64,000 bases of DNA, taken from positions 25,604,709-25,668,708 of the forward strand of contig OZ316894.1 of the NCBI GenBank assembly GCA_973895155.1, given 5' to 3'. Position 1 is the first letter of the stretch, and every line of letters begins with the position of its first letter. A model generated the notes under the pieces. It had not been told where the DNA came from. It ran no database searches and worked only from the letters and a program-made list of their open reading frames with translations. Source of the stretch: Marsupella aquatica. Taxonomy: Eukaryota; Plantae; Marchantiophyta. This document shows positions 34,036 through 49,219 of this stretch, piece by piece. The translations under genes were made by a program, and so were the position numbers.

Positions 34036-35234
34036 GCGTATTGGCCCTACACTTGGCCTCAGTTATCCCTGGCCAACGGAAGAGGAGGGTTGGTACAGGC
34101 GTGATTGGGTCAGGCATGATTGATTGTATATTGTTGACTATGATCATTATTTAATTTTTGTGAAAATTATTGTGGGTTTTGGACATGTATAATATGAGTT
34201 CCACTTGTATCTCATTCTCTTATGTTTATGTGTGCCTATGTTTGGATGTGTGTGACGACATATGTTGTGTAACAATGTGTTTGCACACGACAACTTACAC
34301 ACAACTCTTTAGCGGACTAGGAGCATTAATAAGGCCAGAAACCTTAGTCTGACCCTCACTCCAATCATTAAGATGATTGAAAGTGCAACTAGGAATAATC
34401 ACAATGACAATGGTACTATTAATGATGATTGATTCTAGCTCTAGACTATGTAAGTGTTTTGTGACATTAGGGATCTGAATAGGCTGTATGATTGTAGTGG
34501 CTGTATTTTTCACTATGGGCACCATGATAGGTTCTAATGCTGCTGCACCACCAATGCCACTGATAGTGATAAGCCCTACCAGGGCCGTCACGGGTCTCCT
34601 TGCTATTGTGCTCCTGAAATGTGGGGTAAGGGGGTTGAAGGCTCCATTCTTAAGATTAGTTACTGGATCTATAACGTGTGTGTTCATAGGTGGCGGACTC
34701 TGACTCACTCCCGGCCTAAGGATTTTAATTAGTGACCTTGGGTTTTGCTCTGATTTAATTTAAGTTTTGCTCCGGTGGCCTCCTTAGCTGCGGCATTTTT
34801 GGTGGCCATGCGTGTGGGCCCCTGGTTTGTGTTCATTTTTTCCCAGTTGCTAAGCAGGGGGGTATATGGAATACATTGGGCACTTTCGCTGATTAAAAAA
34901 AAAGTAGTTTCGCATTTTAAAAAACAAGAAGCAGGATGGGCTATTGTAGTGAATGACGAAGGTTGCAGGAGAAAACGTTCACATTTCCGAACACGTCCCC
35001 AAACTGAAGTAGTACCTCGGCAAATTGGAAACATTCACAAATACCCAAGACGTCTGTGAAAAACATTTGTTATTAGAAATGCAGGAACACCTGCCTCGAC
35101 TTATTCGATTATTATTCGGAACATTGCTGGTGGACTGTTGGAAGGTGAATACCGACTGGAAAGCTTTTGCACATTGATCGATCGACAGTGCGTTCAAGTC
35201 AGCTCCGCTGCAAAAGCATTGCTTAGACGAGACC

Positions 35235-38200
35235 ATGACGATTGAGGTGAAGAAGGGCTGGCTCGGGCGCCAGGTATGCGTCGTTAACTCTCACGCTTAA
35301 AGTTCTATTGGAGTATTGGATCGCTCTTCTGGTCATTGGAGGTTGTGCACATCAGTTTGAGTGGAAAGTCATCCATGTGAAGAGACGAATTTGTTGTATC
35401 CTACGACAATAAGTCATCGAACGATGTCGTCTATTGAATGACTTTTCATTGAGTCACATCCTCAGTCTCTTTTGAGTCGTTCATTTAATTCATCTCGAGA
35501 AGTTTGACAATTGGCAGATACGTCAGTGAGTTTCGACCATTCATTTTCTGGGAAAGTTACTCGAGCATTGCGCTGGTGTCACGAGTTTTCTGTACATATG
35601 AATCCTCTATGGCATTTATTATTCCAGATTGTGATGCTGAATAATTTTCTGAGACGCAGGTAATTCGACGATACAAAGTGAGGAGGAAAATGAAGGCCGT
35701 AAGTACTATGGTTCACGAAGTTTATCTACGCGATGACATACCTTGTGGGAGCGCTTTGTGCCAGTCTTGCGTGCAGAAGTCGCCCCCTCTACCCGCCAAT
35801 CATTCCCATTATCTGGTGTTTGCTTAATTCTTCCATGCTCATCTCTCCTCTCAGAAAATTCCTCCATTTTAGTCAATGCTGTTTGTTCGCATTTTTGTGA
35901 GGTAGAAATTGTACTGTAGACGATTTGCATTCAAAATGTTCAAAAATATGTTGTGCCTACTGGGGTTCAAAAGCATGGACAGACTATGGCAGCTAAAATG
36001 AATGTGTTGCCTTCAAAGGTACTGGATTCTTGGGAAGAAGTTAGGTTTCCTTCTGAGACTCTGTAACTATACCTTTTCCTGTTATGTGGAATGCTAAGAT
36101 TCTTGTTGTCTATTTGGGTTTTGCAGCTTCCAGATGCGGACGCGCTTCTTCAGTTTGTGGAGATCTGGGAGCTACCTCAAATCACTTGTGTCATTTACCT
36201 AGCGTCAGTAGTCAAAGAGGTTAGTTGTGAAGTGCACACATTGATTCTCGTATGTCGGCATGTCCGTGTTCGTTGTCAAACTTTCGGCACAAGCCAAAGA
36301 AAAGTTAGCTATTCTCTCATCTGACGTGTTTCTCTCTAGACTTCATGAACCTGGCTAGTATAGATCCGATCGAATTGTCATCTCGTCTAATATCTTTTTC
36401 TCTTGACTTCGTGAACCTGGCTAGTATTTTAAATGCGATGAGCCCCTGAAAACCTGACAACTTGCCGGCTTACTTGTAAATCTGTTCAATGATTATGTCA
36501 TGTGTCTTGAACAAAAAATCCTGGCAGGTCCTTGTGCGCTCCAACCAAAGGAACTATCGTAGACTCAGGTACAGGTCTCGGAATGCTTTGATTTTACGAG
36601 AATCAGCCTGCACTATTCGAAGATCGATTCTTTTTCCTAAAGACACAGTTCGGCCCAAACGATTGGCAAGTTTTCAATCTGCTTGGAATATCCTCAGTAA
36701 GCAGGGATCAGTCGTACTGCCAGCAGAATAGTTATGGTTGCTCGACTATACACAGAGTTAAGTTGAATCATATGACGTGCGGGAATGGGAGATATCTTCG
36801 TCTTTGATAATGAGATTTGAGCTGATTCTTTCCTTAAGATGTTGTGATGAATGGTTGCATTTTGTTGGTCAACGCAGATCGTTGTTCACAGATCGAAGAC
36901 GACAAAGTCTTTTCTTTGATGATGAGCATTTCATCTACACTTGGAGCTTACAGACTGACACAGATCATATCGGGAAAAGCGAGCAGAGTAGTCAAAGTAA
37001 GGTGCATGAAACCTATTTTAATCATCCTACTAATATTGAGCTCTATTTTTATATGCGTGACCCCCCTAACTATCCTTCTACAAGATGCGATACAGAGATA
37101 GAGTGAAATGCATCGTTTTAGGACAATGATAGACCCCACATTTCTAAAGAATGCTAGTCTAAACAGACTTACGATTACGTGCACTAATTGCAGGGGTAAA
37201 AGCAGTGGCTACCTGGTTCTATGAACACTTGCACTGTTCTATGCCAATAATCGCGCTACAGTCACAATATGAAGAGCCTCCTATGGCCGAAGGCAGTTTT
37301 ATCATCAATCAGCTTCAAAGCCTTTCTGTAGCGGATTCGATCACCAGTAAAGTCTCGAATTTAAAGGTAGCTGTTTAACTGGATACAAATGGCTACTTTT
37401 CTGCTTGAAATTTCTGCTGCGAAAGGATTGAAAGAAGTGCTGGGATTCATGATTATATGTCGAGGAGGTCTGTATGGAGATCACATTCTGTGCAGTTTGA
37501 GTACGAGGGTACACAACTAATCATAATATTGATCTGAAACCGATGACAATTCTTTGCACGTTTCCAGGTCATTGTTGCCTGACACGTAGAGGTCCGTTAT
37601 AGCATATTAAAGTGAGGGATTGTCTTTTTGGCTCTCAAGTTTTACTTGCTGGAATAGGGCGATAAGACAAATTCCCAACGTGCGTTGTAGCCAGGCATAT
37701 GAGTTTTGTACCATTTCAAACTTTCAACAGTGTGGATAATTTGAAGTATCATAAGATACTAATTTAAAATTGCAAATAAATGCCTGATACACCCTCATGC
37801 AGTTGGCTCTTTAAATTCAGGTGCTGAACATTGATACTTATTTCAAAGATTTTTGGCACGAAGACTCATTAGTTTCAGAACTTTATGCTTCTCTGGTGAG
37901 CGCACCAAATTCTCATGTCGCTCATACCGTCTAACATGGTTTTGCAGTGTTAGTGTACTGTACTGGTCCTTGAAGTTGGAAATTGTTTGTCCGTTGATGC
38001 ACTCTGTAATGGATATATCGGAAGTGGACAGTCTTTTTCATTAGCGAGTATTCGCCCAGGTTCCTGTTTATAGTCAATATCCTGCTACCTCATTTGTTCA
38101 TGATGGCGACTCTACACTATTGCAGAGGCTTGGTGTCGTGAATCTTTCTAGTTGACGCATGACAGTAACCAGCCTCACTGTGTTATATGGTTCCGTGTGA

Positions 38201-41200
38201 TCGACTGGACTAGTCACAGGTACAATCACTCTCAGAAAATGCCGCAGTCCAAAAGGCAGCTGAAGAGCTACAGTACGCTGAGATCTCTGGGCGAAAAGGT
38301 GTCAGAGGAATATCCACATACAAAGAGTATCCCCCAGGTTCACTCCGCACTCTCGTGATCTTTATCTTGTATCGTTTCTCGTAGCCAGGCGAAAGTATGG
38401 CCCTTCTTCAACTGTACACCTATCACTTATGCAGATTTTTAAACTGAAGCATCAGCGAAGTAGGATTCAGGTAGTCATGTCAACCATGATGGGTTTCCCT
38501 CCTTCTCCTCCTGCACAGCGTCATGAACTGTCTTTCAACAACTTCATTTGTACATACCATTGTAGGAATTCTAATGAATTTTTCTCTTCTCCTTAACACG
38601 TGATTCTAGTTGATGTGTTGAATGAGCAGAGCCTGCCATTACTGATGTCAGGGAAATATGGATATAGATTCCATAGAATTTTCTGGGAAGTAGCTACTCA
38701 CATAACTGGCAAGGAATGATTTTGCAAATCAAAATCTGCCATGGCACCCCACGGTTTCTTTGTGCTGGCCGGTCTTCCATCCGCTTTGTCATAATTTACT
38801 TTCCATTTGTTTATGTATGCAACAGTTCATCTCCTAGAAACGGATGTGGCTAATGGTGTCTTGCGAACTGGAGTTTTTCATGTTAACAAGCGCGAGCCAC
38901 TGGAAGGATATGTATATCCAAGGTTTGATAATTTAGCCCGGGTGAAGGTCTAGACAAGTTGCAGTGAGAAAGTGATCTATGAGCTTTAATATTCTGTGAT
39001 TGTTAGTTTCTCCGGATTTTTGTGCTTTACATATTAGACTCAGCTTCTAGGGGTTCAATATTCTGCTCGAATCGTTCTTATCCAAATTTTGTTTTCAATG
39101 AAAGTGATACTCCTCTGTTCATGGCCTAGTTGTTAGGACTATTGTGAAGGTATATATGGTCCTATGGCAACCCTAACAAGAGGTCACCTTCCAGAAGTGC
39201 GTTGTTCTGTGCTTTAGATGGTCTCTGACTGGTATCATCTTATCTAATGCAATGCAGCAATAAGGGTGACACATCCCAGCAAAGCATTCTTGTACGAGGG
39301 CGGTTGCTCCAGAACAGGGCATTACCCGGCGATCTTGTTGCAGTAAGGCTAACCCGCAATTTGCAAAGTTCAGATATTGAAATGGATGAAAATACTTTGT
39401 CAAGCCATTGGGTCCCAAAGGATTAAGGGGGAGAAATTATATTGCGGCAGATGGCATGTAAACGAGAGAAACTTAGACAGTTAAATAACTGTTAATGTGA
39501 CTAGTGGTTTGAGATTTCATTCGTTCATACATTTCAGGATTGCTTAGAGCAGTGATAGGTCTATGATCCCATGCACTCGTTGTGCCAGAAATTGATAGGG
39601 AAACCTGTTTGGCAGGTGCGTATCCTTGAGAGTAGACCTTGGTTGGACGCAAAGCAGAAAGGTGAAATATTTAGTTCATCGGATGATCGCATTAGCAATT
39701 TGAATCAGGCAGAGGTGATGGATGAAGAAGACACTGGTGGGACTCATGAGGAGATTCATGATATGCAAAAGTTGATTGTGGAAGAATCTCGGCCAATCGG
39801 TGAAGTTGTTGGCATTCTGCAAAGATTCCAAAGGGACTACGTGGCGTGCCTTGCAGAAGATGATGAAAACTTACTCAGGCAGTCAAACTCTAGCAGGTTT
39901 TTCTCTACCATGGCCAGACCGATATTCTATGGACAATGAACTCAATCATTCACTTTTCTGGGATGCTTTTAGAAATGCAGGGTCTAAGGGCCAACGCGAG
40001 GCAGGACAGAAATAGTAAGTGCCATTTGTTCTCCTGGTAGAGCGGATGATAGGGAACTTGTATTAGTGGAAATGAAGCCTTGCTATGTAACAATTCACTA
40101 AATTCTAGACCAGCCATGGTTGACTGGGAATCGAAATGTGGACCCTTCTAGGCAAATTTGAAAACTAGGATTCGAATTTGAAGTTTGGTTGATTTAGGGA
40201 AAGGCTGTGTCTTGAAGGAAATTTTTGGCTGTTGAGAAAACGAGAAAGTTCTCAGTGCGAGTTTGGACGTGTCATCTACTTTTGTAAACCGAGATGAGTG
40301 TCAAGGAACATATTTGCAAGCTCTTATTTTTTGGGGCAGTGTTTGATATGGTTTTGTCTACGTGACTCAATTCATGGGTGCCTTGTCATTGGGATTTTCC
40401 GCGTTTATTAGCTTACCGTTAGTTTCTCGTACGAGGAGTATGTGTTCTCGTTGTACATAAGTTTGGTTTGCTGTCTTGATCCCGCTTCAATGAGAAATAG
40501 GAGAATTGTTTAAGTGAGATTATAATTCGGCTGGTGATACTTCAATTCTGACAATGGGATACTTTAAGCATGCAGGAGGGAGCACCTTTTGTGTGTACCA
40601 ATGGATAGGAGAGTTCCAATGGTGATCACTTGTGTCCATTTAACTCATGGCTCCTTTGTCATTCTGCATGGTGGAATCTAGCTAGCCATTTTACTTCTTC
40701 TGGAGGTACCATCTAGTTGTTTAAAACATAATCTGTATGGTTTTGTGTATTGGATATACAGGTCCGAATAGCTACTCGCCTAGCTGACCGCCTTGTAGGG
40801 CAGAGATTTGTCATTAGAATTGATGGTTGGGATCAAGATTCTAGGACACCAAGAGGTCACTTTGTTCGGATCTTGGGACCCATAGGGGACCTCAATGCAG
40901 AGACCATGGCACTATTGGTTGAGAATGGCATCAACACTTCGCCTTTCAACTCTGTGTAGGTCACTATACTCTCATCGCAGATCATCTCGATGCCAACTTT
41001 ATTAGAGAATGTTTATCCAATTGGACCCTTTGTTCAATGCCGCATGTATACGCAGACAGCTGCCGCGATGGCTCAAAGGAATGAAGCCTAATGAACAGAA
41101 GGTTACGTATATATAAGGCATCTTAATATGATTCTTAACTGTATTGGTCCATAAACTGCGTTGCAGGTCAATTCAGGAACTCCCAGAAGACAGTGACCGC

Positions 41201-44200
41201 CATCCTTGGACAGTTCCAGAGGAAGAGTTTGCCCATCGGCGTGATCTGCGCCTTTCTCATCGGACATGCAGGTATTCATTGAGAGCAGACAATATCAGAT
41301 TTAGTGTTAGAAAATAAAATAAATTCTTGGACTATGCAAGGATTACAGCATATTTTCTCTTTGTGAGAGCCCATCGTGTCGTCCATATTTGCATGATGAC
41401 ATGGAAAGCTGCTTCGTTTTCACAGGCCCAGCATCTCGATAATGAAGGGTGTTTGTGCAGAAGCCTGAGCCGTAAATGAAACATAGGTTCCTCCATACAA
41501 TATTTGACTCTCAAGATTGAAAGCAAGGGCTCAGTTTCAAAAGCAAACGTTCTCGTTCCTTCAACTATCATTTACTTTTCAAGTGAACCCCAACATGCCA
41601 AGTAATACGTCCCTTTGTTTTCATGTTATCTTTTGCGCAGTATTGATCCTCCTGGCAGTAAAGATGTGGATGACGCCTTGTCAATAAGACGGCTACCAAA
41701 TAAGTTACTTGAGGTACACATCATTTCTGTCGTTTTGACAGTTGTCTCTGACACATTTTCGATTGACTTCTAGGTGTGGACCGCCAGAATCTATTCTGTA
41801 GTTTCGCTTTGATTCCTTATCCAGAATGCAAGCCAAACTTGTTTAATACGATTGTAGAAGGTTTATCCGCAGAATGTACCTCGTTACTTCGTTCCTTCTT
41901 TCCTTATAGCTTCTACTTTAATGTGAAAGTTTGTCAATTATTTATCAACCTGTTTATCTGTCAATCAGATTGGAGTCCATATAGCAGATGTATCATATTT
42001 TGTGAAGCAAGACAGTTTGGTGGATCTTGAAGCTCGGGCTAGAGGTACAACTGTTTACATGGTGGGAAAGAGCTGGCACATGCTGCCAGGAGTTCTGAGG
42101 TTAGTTTTCAAACTTCGCTCACATCATCCTGTGGCGCAAGGCATCTTGTTATCCGAAGAAAATTTCCTCATATCGTTGGTCTTCTTGTGGTGTGTGGACT
42201 TCAGTGAGAATCTGTGTTCTCTCATTGGAGGGAAGGACAGACTGGCAGTGAGCGTCGTTTGGACAGTTGATCCTGACAACGACTTTGAGGTCCTCGATGT
42301 TTGGTTTGGACGGACTGTAATTCAGTCTCGCCAGCAGGTGGAGAATTTTGATGCAATAGCTGACTTTTTAATTCTCCGCTTTTTCACGAACTATACAACA
42401 CTACCTACAACAAAGAAGTCCATATTGGCACTTTACATTCCTTTCATCTGTTGAACCCATTCGTCTATATGAACAGATGTTCTATGCCCAAGCTCAAGCT
42501 ATTCTGGATGGCCAAACGTTACCACCTAGTTGGGAGCTTTCCGGAGGTGTGGATGAAGTCGCAGCTGTTGCATCTGATCTGCTGGTCTTTGCAAATTTCG
42601 CACAGGTATTAATGTCTTGGTCATGGCCATGGCCTTGAATTTGCTGGGGCTTAGCCTGCTTATTAGTCTCAGCATGAATCACCCAAGGGTGGTATTCAGA
42701 TAATGCGTTCCAAGTGTTTGAGCGAATCTTTCCGTTGACATTCGCTAATTCAATGGAAAAGAATGTGAGTGGTGAGCGCCATGAGGAAGTTCATACATTG
42801 ACATATGTATCGTGTTTTCAATAGTTGCGCCGCGAATTAAGGAAAAGCGAAGGTGCGTTGGAGCTTGCTAGTTCCGAGTTACGATTTGAGACTTCAGCCA
42901 ACCACGAACCCACCAGTGTTGACACAAAGCTCGAACTTCCTGTAAGGATATTTTTTCAGCCAGTAACCATGCAGCTGATTGTATTCTTGGAACTGACTCT
43001 TGACTCGGATTCATTCGTGGCAAAATTCAATGGTATTCCTTTTTTGGTGGGCAATGTTGCAGATGAACTGGATAGTCGCAGAGATGATGATTCTTGCAAA
43101 TTCTTATGTTGCCCAAAAGATATATCAGTAAGTATGTTCTCTTTTCTGTAGCTTCCATTGATCTATGTTCTTTCTACAGTTTTCTCGTGCCAATGGACAA
43201 ACTCGTGTTTTTGTGAGGCACGTAATTATTCCTCGGCTATGTTTTGAGAAAGTGGCAATTTATATGTTGCTCTTCACTCACTGATTTGTGATTTGCTTCA
43301 AAATGACGTTGCTGACGCAAACGGGGAACACTTGCAGGACTTTCCCATCCAAAGCCCTTTTGAGAAGGCATGACCCTCCACGATTAGACAGCTTTACCTT
43401 AATACTGGAGGTTATTTCTTTCTTACTGTAACATATGTGCTGGAATGTGCATTGTCTCAGTTTCTCATGTGTTAACACTTTCCAACCTTTGGTCCCTTAA
43501 GCATATCGTTCATATTCTCCTGGTTACTGCTTACTGCTTACTGCTACGTCTTACCGTGTATGCATGTTGTTTTGTGCTCAGTGCTGTGCAGCTCGTGGTT
43601 TCATTTTGGATACATCAAGCAACAAGGTGAATTATCTTTTAAACTTTCAACCCTGGTCGAGAATGTTTATTTGACGTGCTGGTTTTCAATGCCCTGGAGT
43701 CTTGGTCCATTCTGGAATAAAGGCTGCATTTTGTAAAGACTGGTCTGGGATTCATAGTGGAAGGCTAACAACTGTTATGTGATTTGACTGGCAGGCACTG
43801 GCAAAGTCTCTCGATAGGATGAGGGACAGCAATGATCCGATTGTTGAGGTACTTTCAGCTTGCCATTGGATAAAGTGGACACAATCTTGGGCTACACAAT
43901 CCTTGACTTCTGTTCGCCTGAAAATGTCAAGTGTGTCTGAGGAATGGATTGTGTACAAATTGTCTTCATTATCTGAATTACCAGAGACGTTCACGTTCAA
44001 GTTCAGACCAAAGACGTAAATCTTTCTCTGAAGATAATTTTGATGGAGGAACGGCATGAATATTTTTAGTTCTTTCTACCAGAGAATATCTTGTGCTTTC
44101 TGGGTACAGATGGTCAGGCAAGAATGATAATCTTGTAATCGTATTCCGGTTGCCGGTTTGTCTTCCTGTCTGAAAAAGTGCAACTGATTCTATTGTTTGT

Positions 44201-47200
44201 TATGTGAACATAATATGAAACTTGCAGAATTCATTTCGGTCGTTAGCCACTCGGGCAATGTCAGAGGTAACAACAGAAAGCTTGGATTCTTGACAGGAAT
44301 AGTTTTATGATGCTTAAAAGTTGTATGTAATGTTATCACCCATTTTAGTGTTGAATGTTTTCCTCTCGGTTTTAACCCTCGTGATTCAAGAGATAGATCA
44401 TCAAGCATACCCGATTTATGATACATTGACAATGCTCCTAGATATCCATCTGCCAGAGGTCTATGAAATAGGGATGGGCCAGGGGATTAGCTTGAATTTA
44501 CAAAGCACACTAGATGTGTTTTTGCTAACCTTCTACTTCTGCTTGAACGCAAACCATCAGGCTGAATATTGTACAACAGGAGAAGCAACAGATCCGTCTG
44601 GATTTTACCACTATGGACTAGCGTTGAAGTATGTTATCCTTCTGTTTTCTCTTTCCTTCTGATATCAAAGCTGAATTGTCTCGTTGGCAACAAATAGCTT
44701 TGCTTTGTTAATCCTTCCATGAAGTTTGTTGGTTGAATCGATGTTTTGCCAAGTCATCGGGCCCTACACTGACTTCTGACCTCATTGTTTCAGCTTCTAT
44801 ACACATTTTACATCACCAATTCGACGCTATGCGGATGTATTGGTTCATCGCATGCTGATCGCTTCCTGTGAAAGCAGCCGTGGGCTGGAGGAAATCAGTG
44901 ACGAAGAACTTTCTAGAAGAAATCTGAATTCTGTCCTCCCGGGAATGGAACTGAAAGAGGTAATTTGCTTGACTTTATGACAATGCTGACTGTCGGAGTA
45001 GGTCATTAGTATCTGATGGCAGGTTTTACTTCTGGCAGGTTCTACTTCTGTTGAGATCATCAATTCCAGTTTTCTCATAACTAAAAGCTGTACATTTCGA
45101 CTAGGTTGTACTCCACCTCAATGAAAGACACAGGGCCAGCAAACAAGCACAGAAAGAGTGCAACGAACTGTACCTGTTGATGTACTTGCAAAAACATGCG
45201 CAGGCTGAACATGCGGTGGTAAGTTGCAAAGTCCTTAAGTCTAAAGGAAATCCACAACGTTCATTGGTATTCCTAAGTAGGCTTCTCTAAATCAAGATTG
45301 ATTCTCTGTTGTTTATGAGTGAAGGTGATGGTCATCTACTTAATTCAATCTGCCAAATCTCATATCTGGTCGCGGACTTTCCATATCACGCACAAATTTT
45401 ACCTTCCATGAAATGGTTAAATAATCCCCAAAATGGTGTTCTTTCAGATTATAAGCTTCCACGACAAAGGAATGATAGTTTTTGTCCCCAAGTACGATCT
45501 CCGTGCCTCAGTGTACTTTCAAGTAAGAACCTGGATGAAGCCATTTCAATTCGAAGGCTTGATAGTTTACAATGTCTGTGATTGAAGTGAAATCTTGTAG
45601 TCCTTCGGAGCTTGTGTGCACTGAGAATAAAAAATCTCAGTGAAGAATCAGCCAGAGGCGCGCTTCTGTTATTTGGTACTGCCGTTATGTACAAAAGTAG
45701 TAATGCAGGGGCGAAGTGTGTTGTTCCAGGAGTGAGTTTCATTTTAGCTGACATATCACGTAACAGAAAAGAAATGCCGTTAGGGGTTTCTTTTGTCACA
45801 AGGGTTTAGGGTTTAGGGTTTAGGGTTTGTTGTGAACTAAATAATGCCGAGAATGGAGCTATTGTTTCACTTGTGCTAGACTTAAAATGTTATGCGCAGG
45901 ACAAGAAGGGAAACATTATCCTCCCTGCAGAGGACGATTCTATGTTAGATGATTCGGAGGAGAGTTCGATGCCAATTTTGGAGACTAGAGTCATGTCAAA
46001 GCTCCCTGGAAGCATTCGGATAACAGTAAGCGTCCAACTCTGCAAGCAAATGCACTTATCAAAGTTCACAGCAGATCATGTTTATATTCTGTTTATTGCC
46101 TGAGTGGACAGGATACATACATTCCATCGCTACTATGAATGACATAGTTGTTTGTCAATTTCATCCTTTTACCCAGGAAATGACTTTGTTCACCGCAGGG
46201 GCATCCTTCATAACTGAGCATTGAGCGGATTGGATTTACAGGACACGCAGACAAGTAAAGTTCTACTCGAACACAAGCTTATGGATACAGTATGGGTGCA
46301 ACTTCGTGCAGATGGTAAGCAAATGATAGCATGACCAAACATCGTCGAGTAATTTAGACGATCGTACCTTTCACGGAAGAAACCAACCAACACCACATGC
46401 TAACTTGCTGTTGCTATGAGGAAAACTCTCCACAGGAGGCAGCAAATACACAATGACCCTCGGAATAGATAATGCGCTGCACGATGCAATAGAGAGATCG
46501 GAGTACCCACTGGATTGCGTTGAGTGACACGCTGCTACCATCAAGCTCTTCACAATGGTTCTCCTTTTGAGAAATGCAAAGCTCCAGTAGACAGTTTGGT
46601 GTTCATATCCTAAATGAAATTTGTAAAGAATGAGAACTTTTAGAGAAGGTAACCTATCTCTTGAACTCCCTGCAGTAGGAGCTTGGAAGGAATGTACAGG
46701 CAGTGATTGACCCGGGCAAGTGGTCTTTCAATCGAAGAACAGCTCGCTAGACTTTGTTAGTCTTTTCAAGCTGCCCAAGAAATGTGAGGATAATGCCTAA
46801 CAGCAGCAAGGTTTTGTCTCAAATAGCACCAGTACCCCTTTCGCCACTAGAGCACAAAGCAATGACAGAAAGGTCCTGGGACCGACTTATCCATAATCTA
46901 TTCTTCTCTTGTGTTCAAGGCCAAGAAGCAGATCTAACTATCGTCTATCGGAGTTCCTAGTTTTGATTATCACTACGGTAAGCTTAGCACGGAAATTTTG
47001 CGTTTTTGAACAAACTTGTGGTCCAACAAATCTATCAGGTAAACCTGGGAAGGAATAACAAAGATGGGTGAGACCTACTTGGACAGAGCCCATTGATTTC
47101 GATTATGGACCTTGAAATTGCTGTTCCAGCTTCCAATGTAATCGGTTATGCTTTCTCTTGTCAGGTTCTCGAGCCCATTCTCCCAAGCTACGGGTGCGAT

Positions 47201-48261
47201 TGTTGAGCCCTGCGCATCCTGCAGCTCAAAGATCCATACAGCAACAAGTTACTGCGAGGCACAAGCAGGACGTCATTGAAAGAGATGACCTCAATCTACG
47301 ATGTGTTAAGAGTAAGAGTGTCACCAAAAGGGTAGATAAGAACAAAGCGGTTAGTGCGATGGTACAGATTGTTGCTGCCAAAGAGGTTTCCAGTAAATCT
47401 TCTTCGAAATTGATGGAGAAGTCGTCAATGAAAAGAAAGGTGCCAAGCATCCATGATATAACTGAAGACTTTAAACGACTCAGAGGCGGTAATCAATCTC
47501 AGCCCGTAATACCTATTTCAAGACTTTTAATATTGAGTGTTCTTCTGTGCCTGAAAGATTTGAATCTGATATGAATTTATCTGTCATGGAATGAAGTAGG
47601 ATTGTACTGACAGTAACTGCTCTCTTTTCAGTACATGCAGGGTCGTCAGTTTATCCTGAGTTGATCGACAATGATGGTACCTTACATGGCTATTTGACGT
47701 CGGATGTCAAGCGGATCGATGCCTTCAAGGGTCGTATCATGGCTCCTGAGGACAAACTTGTTAGGTCGCTGCCATTGACAGTTTATATGAAGCTTTCTAT
47801 GCTAGCATTATTTCCAGAACAACAGATTTTACAACACATTCGGCAACTCTGGTGGAAAAAACTGGTATGTGCATTTTTGTGTGTTCTTGAAAGTTAGATT
47901 TTCAAATGTTTCTGGGTCTTTACCTACGTTGTTAATGAATATGCAAGTGTTGGGCATTTCTTATAATTGTAGATCAGTCCATTTGACTAGGTACTCGCGT
48001 ATGCTGTGCTTGTCATTATAGTGCATAAAGATTACAGCTTGATTCCAACTAGAATAATAATTCTAATTTCTGTCAATGCGTGTGACATATAGAGAAATTC
48101 CTGACTCTGGATATCGTATTATGCAGAGTAAGGCAGCCAAAGTTCGGGCCAGACGTTTGTACTCGATCGTTCAAGAAGAATCTGAAAAGCAATTGTTACG
48201 AACAAATAATGAAAATCGTTTTCGCAACAGGGCAAAGGTCTTAGGTCTGTGTTTGATGTAG
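35235..48261 (+). CDS. DIS3/RRP44-family exosome exoribonuclease (DIS3L-like), ~30 exons
   Basis: CR3 motif [18 protein letters not shown]; divergent [18 protein letters not shown]; [15 protein letters not shown] and [21 protein letters not shown]; [74 protein letters not shown]; S1 [13 protein letters not shown] introns throughout. The C-terminal exons (47163-48261) are less certain. Confidence 0.9.
45801..45828. repeat. Interstitial plant telomeric repeat (AGGGTTT)x4 inside an intron
   Basis: Four perfect units within intron 45523-45899. Confidence 0.95.
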
Positions 48262-49219
48262 GTTGTTGACAACCTGTCATTTCATCATTTTTTCTTGATC
48301 AACCTTGATTCAACATGTACAACAAATAGCAATTGTAGGGAGAGTTTGAGCATGCAAATGTTAGTGGGCCAAGGAATACTTGTCCTAATCTTTGGAATCA
48401 GCAATACCATCTATGAGGTGGGGCATGGTTAAAGCATAGTGAAGGGGTGTTATTCACCACAAATGGATATGATACCCCATAGTTTTCAGCGATAGATACT
48501 GCTCCCGTCACTTAATGCTTGGGGAAAAAATATTACTAGAAGCTGAGAGAATTGCTTTGTATTAATAAAGACTGTGTCTTCAATGTGGGGTCATAGCATA
48601 ATTAGGATACAAATTGTGAATTGCAATCCCCTCTAAATTCTGTGTTGGAAGATTTGAAGAAAGAAGGAAAGTTAGACCTTGGTCTTGAAAACGTAAACAT
48701 CCTGCCCTCCAGTGTTGGTGGGTCCATTCACATGCTGCAGGTCAATTTGGAGGTCATAGCGTGCCAGTTGCAACTGGTGTCCCTAATTCTCCTTCGTTGG
48801 GTGCCCTTCATGGTCACTTCATCATGCACTACCCGGACATCCACGTGAGTTCAGTACTCTTAGACGTTGGCTGAGGCCAAGTGTTCTCAGATGGCAAACA
48901 TATAAAAGAGGGTTGACCGTACCGCTCTTGCCAATATTTACAAGAAAGATCTGCTGAGAGAGCTTGAGATGTCTGCTACTGGTCTTCTTGCTAAAGATTC
49001 AGAATTGACGTGATCAATGTCTCGCTTTTCAAACCAGTCTCTTTCCCTTTGCCTTGCACAAGGATCTGTAGCTAGGTCGATCTCACAGATAGGAAAAGAC
49101 GCCACCAATACCACAAATATCTGTAGCTACAGTGGGTCCATCTCACAGTTTAGAAAAAGATGCCACCATAATCCAACAGCGAGGGACTATTCCCGCAAGG
49201 ACTACATCTTGCAAATAGG

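Noticed and set aside
34295-34708. 137-aa minus-strand ORF
   Set aside because: No recognisable domain or splice context; possibly a TE remnant but unsupported.
45218-45899. Missing S1-domain exon suggesting a DIS3 pseudogene
   Set aside because: Exon 45448-45522 ([25 protein letters not shown]) is present with AG/GT borders.
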